In this document: positions 28,190-37,024 of the stretch, piece by piece
Layout: every line of letters starts with the position of its first letter
Numbering within the stretch: position 1 is the stretch's first letter
Assembly: GCA_000435755.1 (NCBI GenBank)
Contig: FR889081.1
Span: 24,466 to 82,547 of the forward strand
Length of the DNA: 58,082 nt
Direction: 5' to 3'
Source of the DNA: Clostridium sp. CAG:508
Lineage (GTDB): Bacteria; Bacillota; Clostridia; TANB77; CAG-508
Made by a program: the position numbers and the translations under genes
The notes under the pieces: model-generated
What the model saw: only the letters and a program-made list of their open reading frames with translations
Told to the model about the DNA's origin: nothing
Databases searched by the model: none

Positions 28190-28277
28190 GCTTACCAGCG
28201 ACTCGCTAGCGCTCCCTGCATACTGATGTTGTAACTCACTAGCGTTCGAACAACCTCAGCAGCTTGGCTAAGGTGCC
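28190..28277 (-). ncRNA. GC-rich (~50%) structured element beginning with a tRNA-Cys 5'-end mimic; not foldable as a cloverleaf
   Basis: Minus strand begins GGCACCTTAGCCAAGC, 15/16 identical to the tRNA-Cys 5' end, then diverges. Internal helices GTTGT/ACAAC and TGCTGA/TCAGTA. Internal repeat CGCTAG(T/C)GAGT. Sits between two tRNAs in one transcription unit. Confidence 0.3.
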
Positions 28278-28295
28278 ATTTTTTAATATAAAAAA

Positions 28296-28371
28296 TGGAG
28301 CGGGAAACGGGGCTCAAACCCGCGACCTCTGCCTTGGCAAGGCAGCGCTCTATCAACTGAGCTATTCCCGC
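28296..28371 (-). tRNA. tRNA-Gly (GCC)
   Basis: Reverse complement GCGGGAATAGCTCAGTTGATAGAGCGCTGCCTTGCCAAGGCAGAGGTCGCGGGTTTGAGCCCCGTTTCCCGCTCCA. Anticodon loop TT-GCC-AA, encoded CCA. Confidence 0.92.
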
Positions 28372-28395
28372 ATATGCTTTTTTCAAAGCATATTT

Positions 28396-28424
28396 ATAAT
28401 AACAAATTTTCATAAAAAAGTCAA
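28396..28424 (-). promoter_or_regulatory. Candidate promoter of the tRNA-Gly / element / tRNA-Cys unit
   Basis: Minus strand: TTGACT (28424-28419), 17 nt, TATTAT (28401-28396). About 25 nt upstream of the tRNA-Gly 5' end. The -35 overlaps the dacB stop codon. Confidence 0.5.
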
Positions 28425-29725
28425 GGTACTAATGATAAAAAATCTATAAAATAATCAAATATATTCTTTTTTTCTATGATTTGCTTATTCTTTATGCTTA
28501 AATTGGCTATTGTTTTTCCAGCTATTTGCACTTTCGCGCTACCTATGACTCTGCCTTCTTCTACTGGTGCTTCTAAATAGTAAAGTGAATTTATCTCTAT
28601 TTTCACATTATCAATATCTGTTCTCTTTACTGCAATCTTGGAATAGTCTAAGTTTTCAATCTCTAAATCTATGTTTTTTTGTTTTGCTTTATTTATATAT
28701 ATGCGCTTTTCATTTAAATATTTCCAATTTTCAAATTGTTCTTTAATATTTTTTTCAATATCAATCACTTCATAATTTTTATATGCATATTCAATCAATT
28801 TTATGCTGTCTAAAGTTCTGATTTTTTTAGTATCTGCACCCAACACTATTGTTATGATATCTAGATCATTCCTTTTACACGCTGTTACTAAACATCTGCC
28901 TGCTCCATTTGTAAAACCTGTTTTTACTCCATACACTCCATTTAGGTTTCCTAATAGTTCGTTTGTATTTCCTATTAAACTGCTTCTGGCATTTATTGTA
29001 ATATTATAACTTTTTGAATTTACAACTTCTTTAAATTTTGGTATATTAAGTGCGTAATCTGCCATACATGCAAGTTCATATGCTGTTGTATAATGTTTCT
29101 CTTGATCTAACCCATGTGGAGTCACAAAATGACTATTTATTAATCCCATTTCACTTGCCTTTTTATTCATCAGGTCTGCAAAGCCTTCTATTCCTCCGCC
29201 AACATGTTCTGCTAAAGCTACGGCTGCATCATTTCCAGACTTTAACATTAGTCCATATAATAAATCATGTACTGTAATTTTATCATTTGCTTTTAATCCC
29301 AATCTGGAGCCTCCAGTTCCTGCCGCTTTTTTACTTATTGTTACAATATCATTTAGATTAGAATTTTCTAATACTACTATAGCTGTCATTATCTTGGTTG
29401 TGCTTGCCATCGGAACCTGCTTAAGTCCGTTTTTTTCATATAATATCGTTTTTGAATTTCTGTCAAATATTAAACCTACTCTTGCATTTAGCTTTAGTTC
29501 ATCTGCATTTTTTGCAACAGTTTCAATTGTCTCTTTTTTTATCTCATCTACATCTATTATTTCATTATCATCTATATTAGCGTAGGAGATGGTATTTATA
29601 TATAATATAGTAAACATTAAAAAAGCAAATGTTATCTTTTTTATTATATTATAATCATTTTTAAAGGGGTGCTTTTTGCCCCTGTCCCCAAAATCATCCT
29701 TTATCTTTTTCATATAAAAACTCAC
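28421..29725 (-). CDS. dacB: D-alanyl-D-alanine carboxypeptidase (S11, PBP5/DacB-DacF type)
   Basis: Signal anchor, SxxK (ASTTKIMT), SGN (KSGNDAA), KTG (VKTGFT), and a C-terminal PBP5_C-like beta domain. Confidence 0.85.
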   Translation of the reverse strand: MSFYMKKIKDDFGDRGKKHPFKNDYNIIKKITFAFLMFTILYINTISYANIDDNEIIDVDEIKKETIETVAKNADELKLNARVGLIFDRNSKTILYEKNGLKQVPMASTTKIMTAIVVLENSNLNDIVTISKKAAGTGGSRLGLKANDKITVHDLLYGLMLKSGNDAAVALAEHVGGGIEGFADLMNKKASEMGLINSHFVTPHGLDQEKHYTTAYELACMADYALNIPKFKEVVNSKSYNITINARSSLIGNTNELLGNLNGVYGVKTGFTNGAGRCLVTACKRNDLDIITIVLGADTKKIRTLDSIKLIEYAYKNYEVIDIEKNIKEQFENWKYLNEKRIYINKAKQKNIDLEIENLDYSKIAVKRTDIDNVKIEINSLYYLEAPVEEGRVIGSAKVQIAGKTIANLSIKNKQIIEKKNIFDYFIDFLSLVP

Positions 29726-29769
29726 CTTTTACATTATATTTATAAAGGTGAGTTTTATGAATAATTTAA

Positions 29770-31038
29770 TTATCTTCTAGCATCTCTTGCTTCTGCATCT
29801 CCCCAAGGCGTTCTTTCTTCCTCTTCTTCTGTTCTTTCTTCTTGTTTTACTTCTTTTATGTCGTCATTTACTCTATCTTTAGCTTGCTTTTCTGTTAATT
29901 CTTCTTCTCCTATCATATAATTAAAAATTGCCACAGCTTCATGCTTTTGATATCCTTGCTCTATAAAGCTTTCTATTATTTCATCAGAATGTTGCATTAA
30001 ATACGTTCTATCATATTGAATCTCATCTTGTGGTTTTCCCATATTCTCCACTGCTTCATATGAACTAGTTTCTTTATCTGGATCCGCAACTCCTGTTTTC
30101 ATGGATGTTGCTTCATTTACTTCTGCACTATTATAGTCTCTTCCTCTAACCTCAATGTCATGTGCTGCCCATTCTCCATTTCTTCCCTGTCTAGCTTCTT
30201 CTATGTCTAAATATCCATACTGATCAAATTTTACATTTATTCTAACATCTCTTACGTCTGGATCTCTTCTAGTTAAGTTTTGAGTTCTCATTACTTGCTG
30301 TGGAGTTTCTCTTGTCATAGGGTTGCCATCTCTTCCCATAGATATGGTCTCTTGTCTAATTGAAGTGTTTGATGGCTGAATATATTTAGAAGGCTGTAAG
30401 TCACCATTTTCATCAATATATTCTGCTTTTACCTTTCCGTCATTATCACGGCTAAAAATTAATCCTTTTTCTAATTCTGGATGGTCCTTGTATAAGTTAC
30501 TATTATCTCTAACTATTAATACATTATTTACAGGAATTCCTTTTTTAGTTGCAATTTCTTGTTCTTGCGCGTTATCCTCTTGCTTTTCTTCTGGCTCGGC
30601 TTTTGCTTTATCATTCTCTAATTTTTCAGCTTCTTTTTTCAATTCTTTATGTTCTAATGATATGTCCTCTTCTTTTATTTTCTCTGGTAATTCAAGTTCT
30701 ACATTGTCTAATCTTAAAAGTTCAAAAAATTTAGCATATTCTTGTTTTAATCTTTCTATATATTCAGGTCTAAATTGAATTTTACCTTTTTCATCTACAG
30801 TTCCAATTTGTTCTCCCTCTTTACTATATATTTCAAAAGTGTCTACTTGGTCTTTTCCTTGAGTCTTTTGCAATTTAACAATGAATATGTCATTACCTAT
30901 AAACTTAGCTGAGTTAAATGTAAATTCCTTATAATATGTTATATTTGAAATTGCAGTGTCTTTTCCTTCTCTTTCTGCTATTTGTGTATAAATTTGTGCC
31001 ATTGTTTGCTTTACTTCTTCTGATTGTTTTTGCTCCAT
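29770..31038 (-). CDS. Highly charged (acidic) soluble protein of unknown function, last gene next to the T4SS-like cluster
   Basis: 422 aa with no TM helix or signal peptide. Long E/K/D-rich stretches and no motif I recognise. Own extended -10 (TGATATAAT) and AAGGAGA RBS upstream. Confidence 0.4.
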   Translation of the reverse strand: MEQKQSEEVKQTMAQIYTQIAEREGKDTAISNITYYKEFTFNSAKFIGNDIFIVKLQKTQGKDQVDTFEIYSKEGEQIGTVDEKGKIQFRPEYIERLKQEYAKFFELLRLDNVELELPEKIKEEDISLEHKELKKEAEKLENDKAKAEPEEKQEDNAQEQEIATKKGIPVNNVLIVRDNSNLYKDHPELEKGLIFSRDNDGKVKAEYIDENGDLQPSKYIQPSNTSIRQETISMGRDGNPMTRETPQQVMRTQNLTRRDPDVRDVRINVKFDQYGYLDIEEARQGRNGEWAAHDIEVRGRDYNSAEVNEATSMKTGVADPDKETSSYEAVENMGKPQDEIQYDRTYLMQHSDEIIESFIEQGYQKHEAVAIFNYMIGEEELTEKQAKDRVNDDIKEVKQEERTEEEEERTPWGDAEARDARR

Positions 31039-31083
31039 AATATTTTCTCCTTAACTAAATTTATTTTATTATATCATATAAGT

Positions 31084-31120
31084 AAAAACTTGTGAAGATT
31101 TTATTCTCCACAAGTTTTTT
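31084..31120 (-). terminator. Rho-independent terminator closing the T4SS-like operon
   Basis: Stem acttgtgaag / ctccacaagt (9 of 10 bp), flanked by an A-run (31084-31088) and a T-run (31115-31120), directly after the stop at 31121. Confidence 0.75.
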
Positions 31121-32470
31121 CTATATTCCAAATGACATTACAAAATCAGTGTTTTCATTTAAACGCATTACAAATGTTTTTGTTATACTCTTTGTACCTT
31201 CTTCATTTCTAATCTTTATATCGTACATATAAATATCCCCTTGCTTCCTTGCATTGCTTGCAGATATTTCATTTTTCTCAAAGAAGTTAGAACTTATATA
31301 TTTTTGGAAGTCTGCTAGTGTTTTGAAATTATTAGACTTGAAAGTATTATCTAGTTTGCTATATACATAGTTATAGTCTTTATCATTTATAGCAGCAAAA
31401 CATTTTTGAATATTTAAGAGTACTTTTTCTTCATCTGATGCTTTATTATACCTTTCTGTAAATTCTGGTAAGTTTATTGTATAAGTATCTAATATTACAT
31501 TAAAATTCATTATTCCATTTTCATTAAATATGTAATAATTCTGATTTTGGTCCACACATACATACTGTGTACAACTATCTGCTTGTTTCTTTTGATATTT
31601 ACTTAAGGTCATCGTTCCTAATTTGTATATATTACTTTTTACATAGTTTTCAAAATTTAACTGTGTACCAAATTTTTTAGTAGAATATTCTGTATTTAAT
31701 AGTTCATATGCTCTAGTTCTGTTGTATAACAAATCTCTTTTATATGTATTAAACACATCTGTTATATATGTTTCATCATTAATTGCTTTATATTGATATA
31801 CATTATATATATCATTTTTTATACTCTCTTCTACTGAAATTTGTATATTATCACCAGTTTTCAAATTAGCGTATTTTGTTTTAACATAATCTTGTAAATA
31901 TATTTTAAAAGTTTTGTTTTTCATATCTGTTTTTACTATTGCAGAAAAGTCTTGGTTTTTATTAGCCTTAATATCTAGTAAATTTCCGTATACAACATAT
32001 ACATATAAGTTTTCTTTCTGTTCACTAACATACATATCATTTATTTCTACATTTACTTCATTTATCTTTGGTAACTTATTTAATAAATTTTCTTTTGTAA
32101 TGCCTGCATATTTTATATACTCTTCGTCTAGCATATAGTATATTGCTGTGATATTATTATTTTGCTCTCTTTTTATACTTTCAAGTGCTTCACCTTCTAG
32201 CATATAATTACTATTAAAATTGTTAAATATATTTGCATATGTACTATAAAATTTTTCAATACAAGTTTTTATAACGTAAAAGTCATTTCTAATTGTTACT
32301 ACTTTTAATTCCTTTGTAAGTTCATATGTTTCCCCTTCGTCTGGTATTTCATTAATTAATGTTGCCGAATTATTCTTTATATTCAATATAAGTAAAATTG
32401 TTATAAGTAATATAGTAATTATAGTACATATAATAATTATTAACATTTTAATATTTTTCATGAAATTCAC
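31121..32470 (-). CDS. Bitopic membrane protein, possible VirB8/TcpC-like scaffold (inference only)
   Basis: One N-terminal TM helix (MLIIIICTIITILLITILLIL) plus a ~410-aa extracytoplasmic domain. Placement in a VirB-like operon. No diagnostic motif seen. Confidence 0.35.
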   Translation of the reverse strand: MNFMKNIKMLIIIICTIITILLITILLILNIKNNSATLINEIPDEGETYELTKELKVVTIRNDFYVIKTCIEKFYSTYANIFNNFNSNYMLEGEALESIKREQNNNITAIYYMLDEEYIKYAGITKENLLNKLPKINEVNVEINDMYVSEQKENLYVYVVYGNLLDIKANKNQDFSAIVKTDMKNKTFKIYLQDYVKTKYANLKTGDNIQISVEESIKNDIYNVYQYKAINDETYITDVFNTYKRDLLYNRTRAYELLNTEYSTKKFGTQLNFENYVKSNIYKLGTMTLSKYQKKQADSCTQYVCVDQNQNYYIFNENGIMNFNVILDTYTINLPEFTERYNKASDEEKVLLNIQKCFAAINDKDYNYVYSKLDNTFKSNNFKTLADFQKYISSNFFEKNEISASNARKQGDIYMYDIKIRNEEGTKSITKTFVMRLNENTDFVMSFGI

Positions 32471-32511
32471 TTATATAATAAATTTATTATTATATAAAAC
32501 TCCTTTCTATT

Positions 32512-33522
32512 TTATTGTGGTGCTCTTAGACCATATATGCATTTATTCAGACAAGTATTACTATTTGGTGATACCCTTCTAATTGCATTACCACTTCCTG
32601 CCGCATATACTTGACCGTCTCCCGCATATATTTCAACATGTCCAGCACATACAACAATATCTCCTGGTTTTAATTCGGATTTTGCCACCCTTGTAAAGCC
32701 TTTATTTTTTTCTAAGAATTCGGCTAGATTTTCCGCTCCATTACAATAATTAGTATTATGTTCCTCTGCAGTCATATATCCAGCCTCCTGCATTACCCAC
32801 GATACAAATGTTGCACAGCATGTTTTTCTTGTCTGTGGGCTGACTTTTGATCCCTCAAATGTAGATGACAAATAATGTTTTCCTCTACCCATTTTATCAC
32901 ATTCTTCAAATTTGTTTCCACCATATACACAATAAACATAATTGTTTTCTTCCATATATTGATGTATAATTTGTGCCCATTCAATTATAGCTCCACCCTC
33001 TGGTGTAAAACTATGTGTTGCGATATTATATCCTGTCTTAAATAACAACCATTCTGCTTTTCTTCTTGTAACCAAACCTGCCAATATGTTACCTGCGCCA
33101 TCTTTTGTAGGTGTATTCATATAGTTTTTATATAAAGCATGGTTATACATTGCATCATTTTCTGCTATACCGTATTCATTATCTTTTTCGTTCCAGTATT
33201 TATTATATGCATCTTTAAATCCAACTATATTTCCGCAATTATAATATCTACTAACTAGTGCTATAATTTGATATGATTTTAACCCCAAACCATTTGTTGC
33301 TGTCTCTACTGATGCTTTCATTTCAGATAATATCTCTTCTTCTATACTGTCTACTAATTCATTATCTACTTTATCTCCTTCTTTTAGAGTAGAAGGATCT
33401 ATTCCTCTCGCTATAAATCTTGAGCCCTGTGCTTCTATATTAACTCCATATCCAACAGTTCTATTTCCAGCTGAATCTTTATATACAACATATTGTCCGG
33501 CCCTCTTCTCTCGTACCTTCAA
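32512..33522 (-). CDS. Two-domain peptidoglycan hydrolase: GH24-type lysozyme plus NlpC/P60- or CHAP-type cysteine peptidase (CwlT/VirB1-like); 5' end looks frame-broken
   Basis: Lysozyme motifs Y.D..G..TVGYG, SYQIIALVSRYYNCG, GLVTRRKAEWLLF. Peptidase Cys/His CCATFVSWV ... GHVEIYAG. The TTG start is only apparent; see the frameshift finding. Confidence 0.8.
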   Translation of the reverse strand: MKVREKRAGQYVVYKDSAGNRTVGYGVNIEAQGSRFIARGIDPSTLKEGDKVDNELVDSIEEEILSEMKASVETATNGLGLKSYQIIALVSRYYNCGNIVGFKDAYNKYWNEKDNEYGIAENDAMYNHALYKNYMNTPTKDGAGNILAGLVTRRKAEWLLFKTGYNIATHSFTPEGGAIIEWAQIIHQYMEENNYVYCVYGGNKFEECDKMGRGKHYLSSTFEGSKVSPQTRKTCCATFVSWVMQEAGYMTAEEHNTNYCNGAENLAEFLEKNKGFTRVAKSELKPGDIVVCAGHVEIYAGDGQVYAAGSGNAIRRVSPNSNTCLNKCIYGLRAPQ

Positions 33523-35281
33523 AATACCTTATAAAAGCTTTTAAAGATCCTAAGCCTGATATTTCACTGAAATCCTTGATATCAAATATGCTAAAATCAA
33601 GCTCTTTTACGCCATAGTCCTTTCCAGTATATTTATACATAACATATCTCATGACTTGTTCTAAGTTTTGTAATCTTCCGTCTTTTTCCATTAAGCCAAA
33701 TAGCCATTCAGCTCCACTTACCATATTTGTTTTTCCTGCTGCTTCATATCTATTTGAATTTGGAATTTTAAAGTAGTCATCTAATAGTCCTAGGAATGTT
33801 GTTTTGTCATCAACTGTAAAATTGTTTTTTACTTGTCTTCTTTCATTTTTATATGAATCTTGTGTTACACCATTACTACCCTTTTCACCTGTTTTGTCTA
33901 TTACACCTCTTCTTGGTTCTTCTTTATATGTTGTTCCTGTTATATTAGTTGTAAATGTCCTACATTTGTCTGTATTCCAAACTACAGTTTCACCTGCTGG
34001 TGGATCTCCAGGTTCTGGGTCTTCAGCAAGTGATGGGTCTTCATTTGCTGTATATGTTTCAGAATTATAATAAGGATCTTGGTTATCTATTTTATATGTT
34101 ACTCTTTGCTCATAAAACCAAGTTCTAGCATATGTTATTTTAGGTGTAGGAATAACTGTAGTTGTAGTTGTTGTAATTTTCCTTGAATGGTTTTTGGGCT
34201 CTCCTCCTCTTGTTTCTGTATTTATTACCACACCCTGTTTCTTTGTTTCATAGGTTGTTTTAGTCTGGGTAGTATATTCATATGTATCTGTTTCTACATT
34301 TACAGTTTTTGTATCCATAATTGTTAATTCTATTCTACTATTCTTCACCATATCTGTAACTGCAGATACAAATTCAGGATTTTGTGATACCATAGTTAAA
34401 TATATAAAAAAGTTCATTGGAGTAGTATATTGTGAGATAGCACTTTTATAATCTATATGTTTTAAACTAATTATAACTTCATCGGCTTTTCCCGTAGTTT
34501 CTATTTTTGTCCACTGTGCTATTACTAGTTTACCTTCATCATCTATTGAATAATGATTTTTTATAGTATTTAATCCTTTTTCATTGTTTTTTGCTGCTTC
34601 TTCTTGCATCGTCGAATATGACATCCACGACATAGGAGTTGCTTTCGAATTTTCATTTATATATTCCTGATCATTTGCTCTATATATGTATACTTGTCCA
34701 TATGTTTTTTGGTTATATGCATTACCACTTGCAATCACTGGTTCATAGTGAGGTGTTTCTGTTACAAGTTGTGCCTCTAAAAATTTCCTTACATATTTTT
34801 TAGAAGCTTCTTCTTGTTTTGCTTTTAATGTTTCATCTGTGTCCGTATCATCGGTTTCTATATCTCCCAGTAACCACAGGTCATCCATATCGAAGCCCAT
34901 TTCTTGAATGTTATCAATAACTTTTTTGATATCATCATCTTTGATAGTAATTGAACCATCCCATGAATCATCTGCTGTAAAAAGGTTTACGAATGAATTT
35001 ATTACACTCTGAATAGTATTTCCTATTGTATCAAATATACTAAATAATGACATTGCTAATGATACAACTACAATTATAGGTATTAATATTGCAGATATTA
35101 TTGCTATTCTAACTTTTTTGTTTTTTAAAAGACTAAATCCATTCTTTACTGCACCAAGTACATTTCCAGTAGATACGTTTTTAGCTAAGTTAGCTCCATC
35201 TCTTACTGCATCTTTTGTGTCTTGAATAGTATCACTTGCTTTTTCTGCTAAGCTTTGTTCATTATTTTGTTCTTCATCCAT
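33479..35281 (-). CDS. Membrane-anchored 600-aa protein whose last residues (..IRYFEG) carry the catalytic-Glu motif of the downstream lysozyme domain
   Basis: TM helix at aa ~68-92 and a Thr-rich extracytoplasmic region. The C-terminal ...AFIRYFEGTRE precedes a stop and overlaps the next ORF by 44 nt in the +1 frame. Confidence 0.6.
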   Translation of the reverse strand: MDEEQNNEQSLAEKASDTIQDTKDAVRDGANLAKNVSTGNVLGAVKNGFSLLKNKKVRIAIISAILIPIIVVVSLAMSLFSIFDTIGNTIQSVINSFVNLFTADDSWDGSITIKDDDIKKVIDNIQEMGFDMDDLWLLGDIETDDTDTDETLKAKQEEASKKYVRKFLEAQLVTETPHYEPVIASGNAYNQKTYGQVYIYRANDQEYINENSKATPMSWMSYSTMQEEAAKNNEKGLNTIKNHYSIDDEGKLVIAQWTKIETTGKADEVIISLKHIDYKSAISQYTTPMNFFIYLTMVSQNPEFVSAVTDMVKNSRIELTIMDTKTVNVETDTYEYTTQTKTTYETKKQGVVINTETRGGEPKNHSRKITTTTTTVIPTPKITYARTWFYEQRVTYKIDNQDPYYNSETYTANEDPSLAEDPEPGDPPAGETVVWNTDKCRTFTTNITGTTYKEEPRRGVIDKTGEKGSNGVTQDSYKNERRQVKNNFTVDDKTTFLGLLDDYFKIPNSNRYEAAGKTNMVSGAEWLFGLMEKDGRLQNLEQVMRYVMYKYTGKDYGVKELDFSIFDIKDFSEISGLGSLKAFIRYFEGTREEGRTICCI

Positions 35282-35297
35282 TTTCTCACCTTCTTTG

Positions 35298-36233
35298 CTA
35301 GATTTTTATTGTTATACTTGTTTTTGTATTTGTTTCTTGGTTTAGAGTTATATTTCCAAATTGTATCTTTTCTATTACTCTAGTTGGAGCATATATTTTA
35401 TTAAATGAAATGTTTAATTCCGTAGTTCTTCCTGCTCTTAATAATAAATTATATTCTGGGATTTCATGTAAAAAAGCCACATATTTCGTATCATTTTTAT
35501 CTAACAAACAAATATCTTCGCTGTTTTTCCCATCACTAAGTAAAATTGTAATTGAATTATTATTTTTTATTGTTATTTTGTATTGTTCATAACTTCTATA
35601 TACTTTTTTGCTCTTTATTGTTATTTCTATATTGTTTGTTACTTGAGTTTTATTTATTTCTTGATTTTTTATAAAGTTATTTATATTAAGTTTTCTTTCC
35701 CCATCTTGATTTATTATTGTTATATAATCCTCGAAATTATTATTTGCTCCAGTTCCACCTGTTGCTAACAAATTATCTTCATAATATGTTATTTTATATG
35801 TATATGAACCTGCTTCAGTATATAACAATTCTAAGTTGTATGTTTTTTTAGTTTTAAAGATTCTATTATAATAATCATTTATAAACTCATTAATGTTATT
35901 ATTAAATTCTTCTTTACAGTCATTTGATAATAACTCATATGATTTTTGCGTTTGATTATTGTTACAATAATCAACAAAAGTTTTTATGATGTCAGTGTTC
36001 TCCTTAGTAACTGTCTCTGACACATTTTGCCCTGTTATAGTTGATCTGGTTGGTTTTTGTAAGTCTGTTACTTTTGAAATTGTGTTTGTTCTGTTATTAT
36101 TGATTTTATCTGCATTCTGTTTTTTTACAATCTGATTTGCAACCTGTATAATTATAAAAACAAAAGCTATAACAGCTATCGTTATTATTATCTTTCGTTT
36201 GTTTTGATTCCAGTATCTTAATAACTTTATCAT
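35298..36233 (-). CDS. Bitopic membrane protein of unknown function (T4SS-like cluster)
   Basis: One N-terminal TM helix (IIITIAVIAFVFIIIQVA) and a ~270-aa Asn/Thr-rich outside domain. Tightly packed in the operon. Confidence 0.4.
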   Translation of the reverse strand: MIKLLRYWNQNKRKIIITIAVIAFVFIIIQVANQIVKKQNADKINNNRTNTISKVTDLQKPTRSTITGQNVSETVTKENTDIIKTFVDYCNNNQTQKSYELLSNDCKEEFNNNINEFINDYYNRIFKTKKTYNLELLYTEAGSYTYKITYYEDNLLATGGTGANNNFEDYITIINQDGERKLNINNFIKNQEINKTQVTNNIEITIKSKKVYRSYEQYKITIKNNNSITILLSDGKNSEDICLLDKNDTKYVAFLHEIPEYNLLLRAGRTTELNISFNKIYAPTRVIEKIQFGNITLNQETNTKTSITIKI

Positions 36234-36255
36234 TGTTATAGCTCTCCTTTATTTA

Positions 36256-36846
36256 TTAATCTTTCACACCTTTAGCTGCTTTAATATACTTAACCGCTCT
36301 ACTTGCCTCTTTTCCTGCATCAGAACTACTATATCCACCCTTTTCAAGTGCAGATTTTAAGCTATTTGTTAAGTTAGTTACTTTTTGTTTATCTCTTAAA
36401 TCCTTTGCATCATATCCTTTTGCTTCTTTCATTACTCTTGCTATATATCCTTGTACATCTGTATCATCACTGACTGGTCCTAGTTCCTTCTTTAATTTAT
36501 CTTCTAGCTTAATTGCTTTTATAGCATTATCGCCATCTATTCCACGTGCACTATAATAAGCTCCTTGCTCTTTTTTAGCTTTAAGTTCTGATTTAGATAG
36601 TGCTGAGCCATCTTCATGTTTAAATTCGTGTTGATATATTGCATCATACTCTGTACTCTTTACATAGTCTCTTTCAGCCTGAGAAATAAGAGTATCTGGA
36701 CCATAAGCACCTTCTTTATAAGCTTCTGAGATTGATGATCTTGCTGAGCTTATCGCTCCCGGAAGTGCTGCACTACTTAATGCTGCTCCTGCTGTTGTAT
36801 ATTTCCAAACATCTCCTAATTCGTCTCCTGCTATTCCTGCAGCCAT
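36256..36846 (-). CDS. Probable C-terminal fragment of the VirB6-like protein (frame open upstream to ~37078 with no start codon)
   Basis: The same frame stays open for ~77 codons upstream of the annotated ATG (EKNYGNKFAGTNLGQKTIKFGRTIGNGAK...GAILG-M) with no ATG/GTG/TTG, and overlaps the end of ORF 37025-38812. Confidence 0.55.
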   Translation of the reverse strand: MAAGIAGDELGDVWKYTTAGAALSSAALPGAISSARSSISEAYKEGAYGPDTLISQAERDYVKSTEYDAIYQHEFKHEDGSALSKSELKAKKEQGAYYSARGIDGDNAIKAIKLEDKLKKELGPVSDDTDVQGYIARVMKEAKGYDAKDLRDKQKVTNLTNSLKSALEKGGYSSSDAGKEASRAVKYIKAAKGVKD

Positions 36847-37024
36847 TCCAAGTATAGCTCCAGGTGCCGCTTTGCCTACTGTTTTTGCTGTACCTATAGC
36901 TGCTTTCTTAGCAACATTAAACGTTCCTCTTGCTGTATTTCTAATTGGTTTAGGAATATATCCTATTCCTTTTTTAGCTAAATCTTTTACAGATTTTGCT
37001 CCATTTCCTATTGTTCTTCCAAAT

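Noticed and set aside
28190-28277. Reading the odd element as tRNA-Sec, a long-variable-arm tRNA or an intron-containing tRNA
   Set aside because: No 3' acceptor strand complementary to GGCACCT, no U33-NNN-R anticodon loop with TCA, and the only TTCGAA lies mid-element with no flanking T-stem. It is also too short for a group I intron.
28192-28449. Two track ORFs (73 aa minus, 61 aa plus) overlapping the tRNA region
   Set aside because: They run straight through tRNA-Gly and the GC-rich RNA-like element. They are open frames created by RNA-gene sequence, with no RBS.
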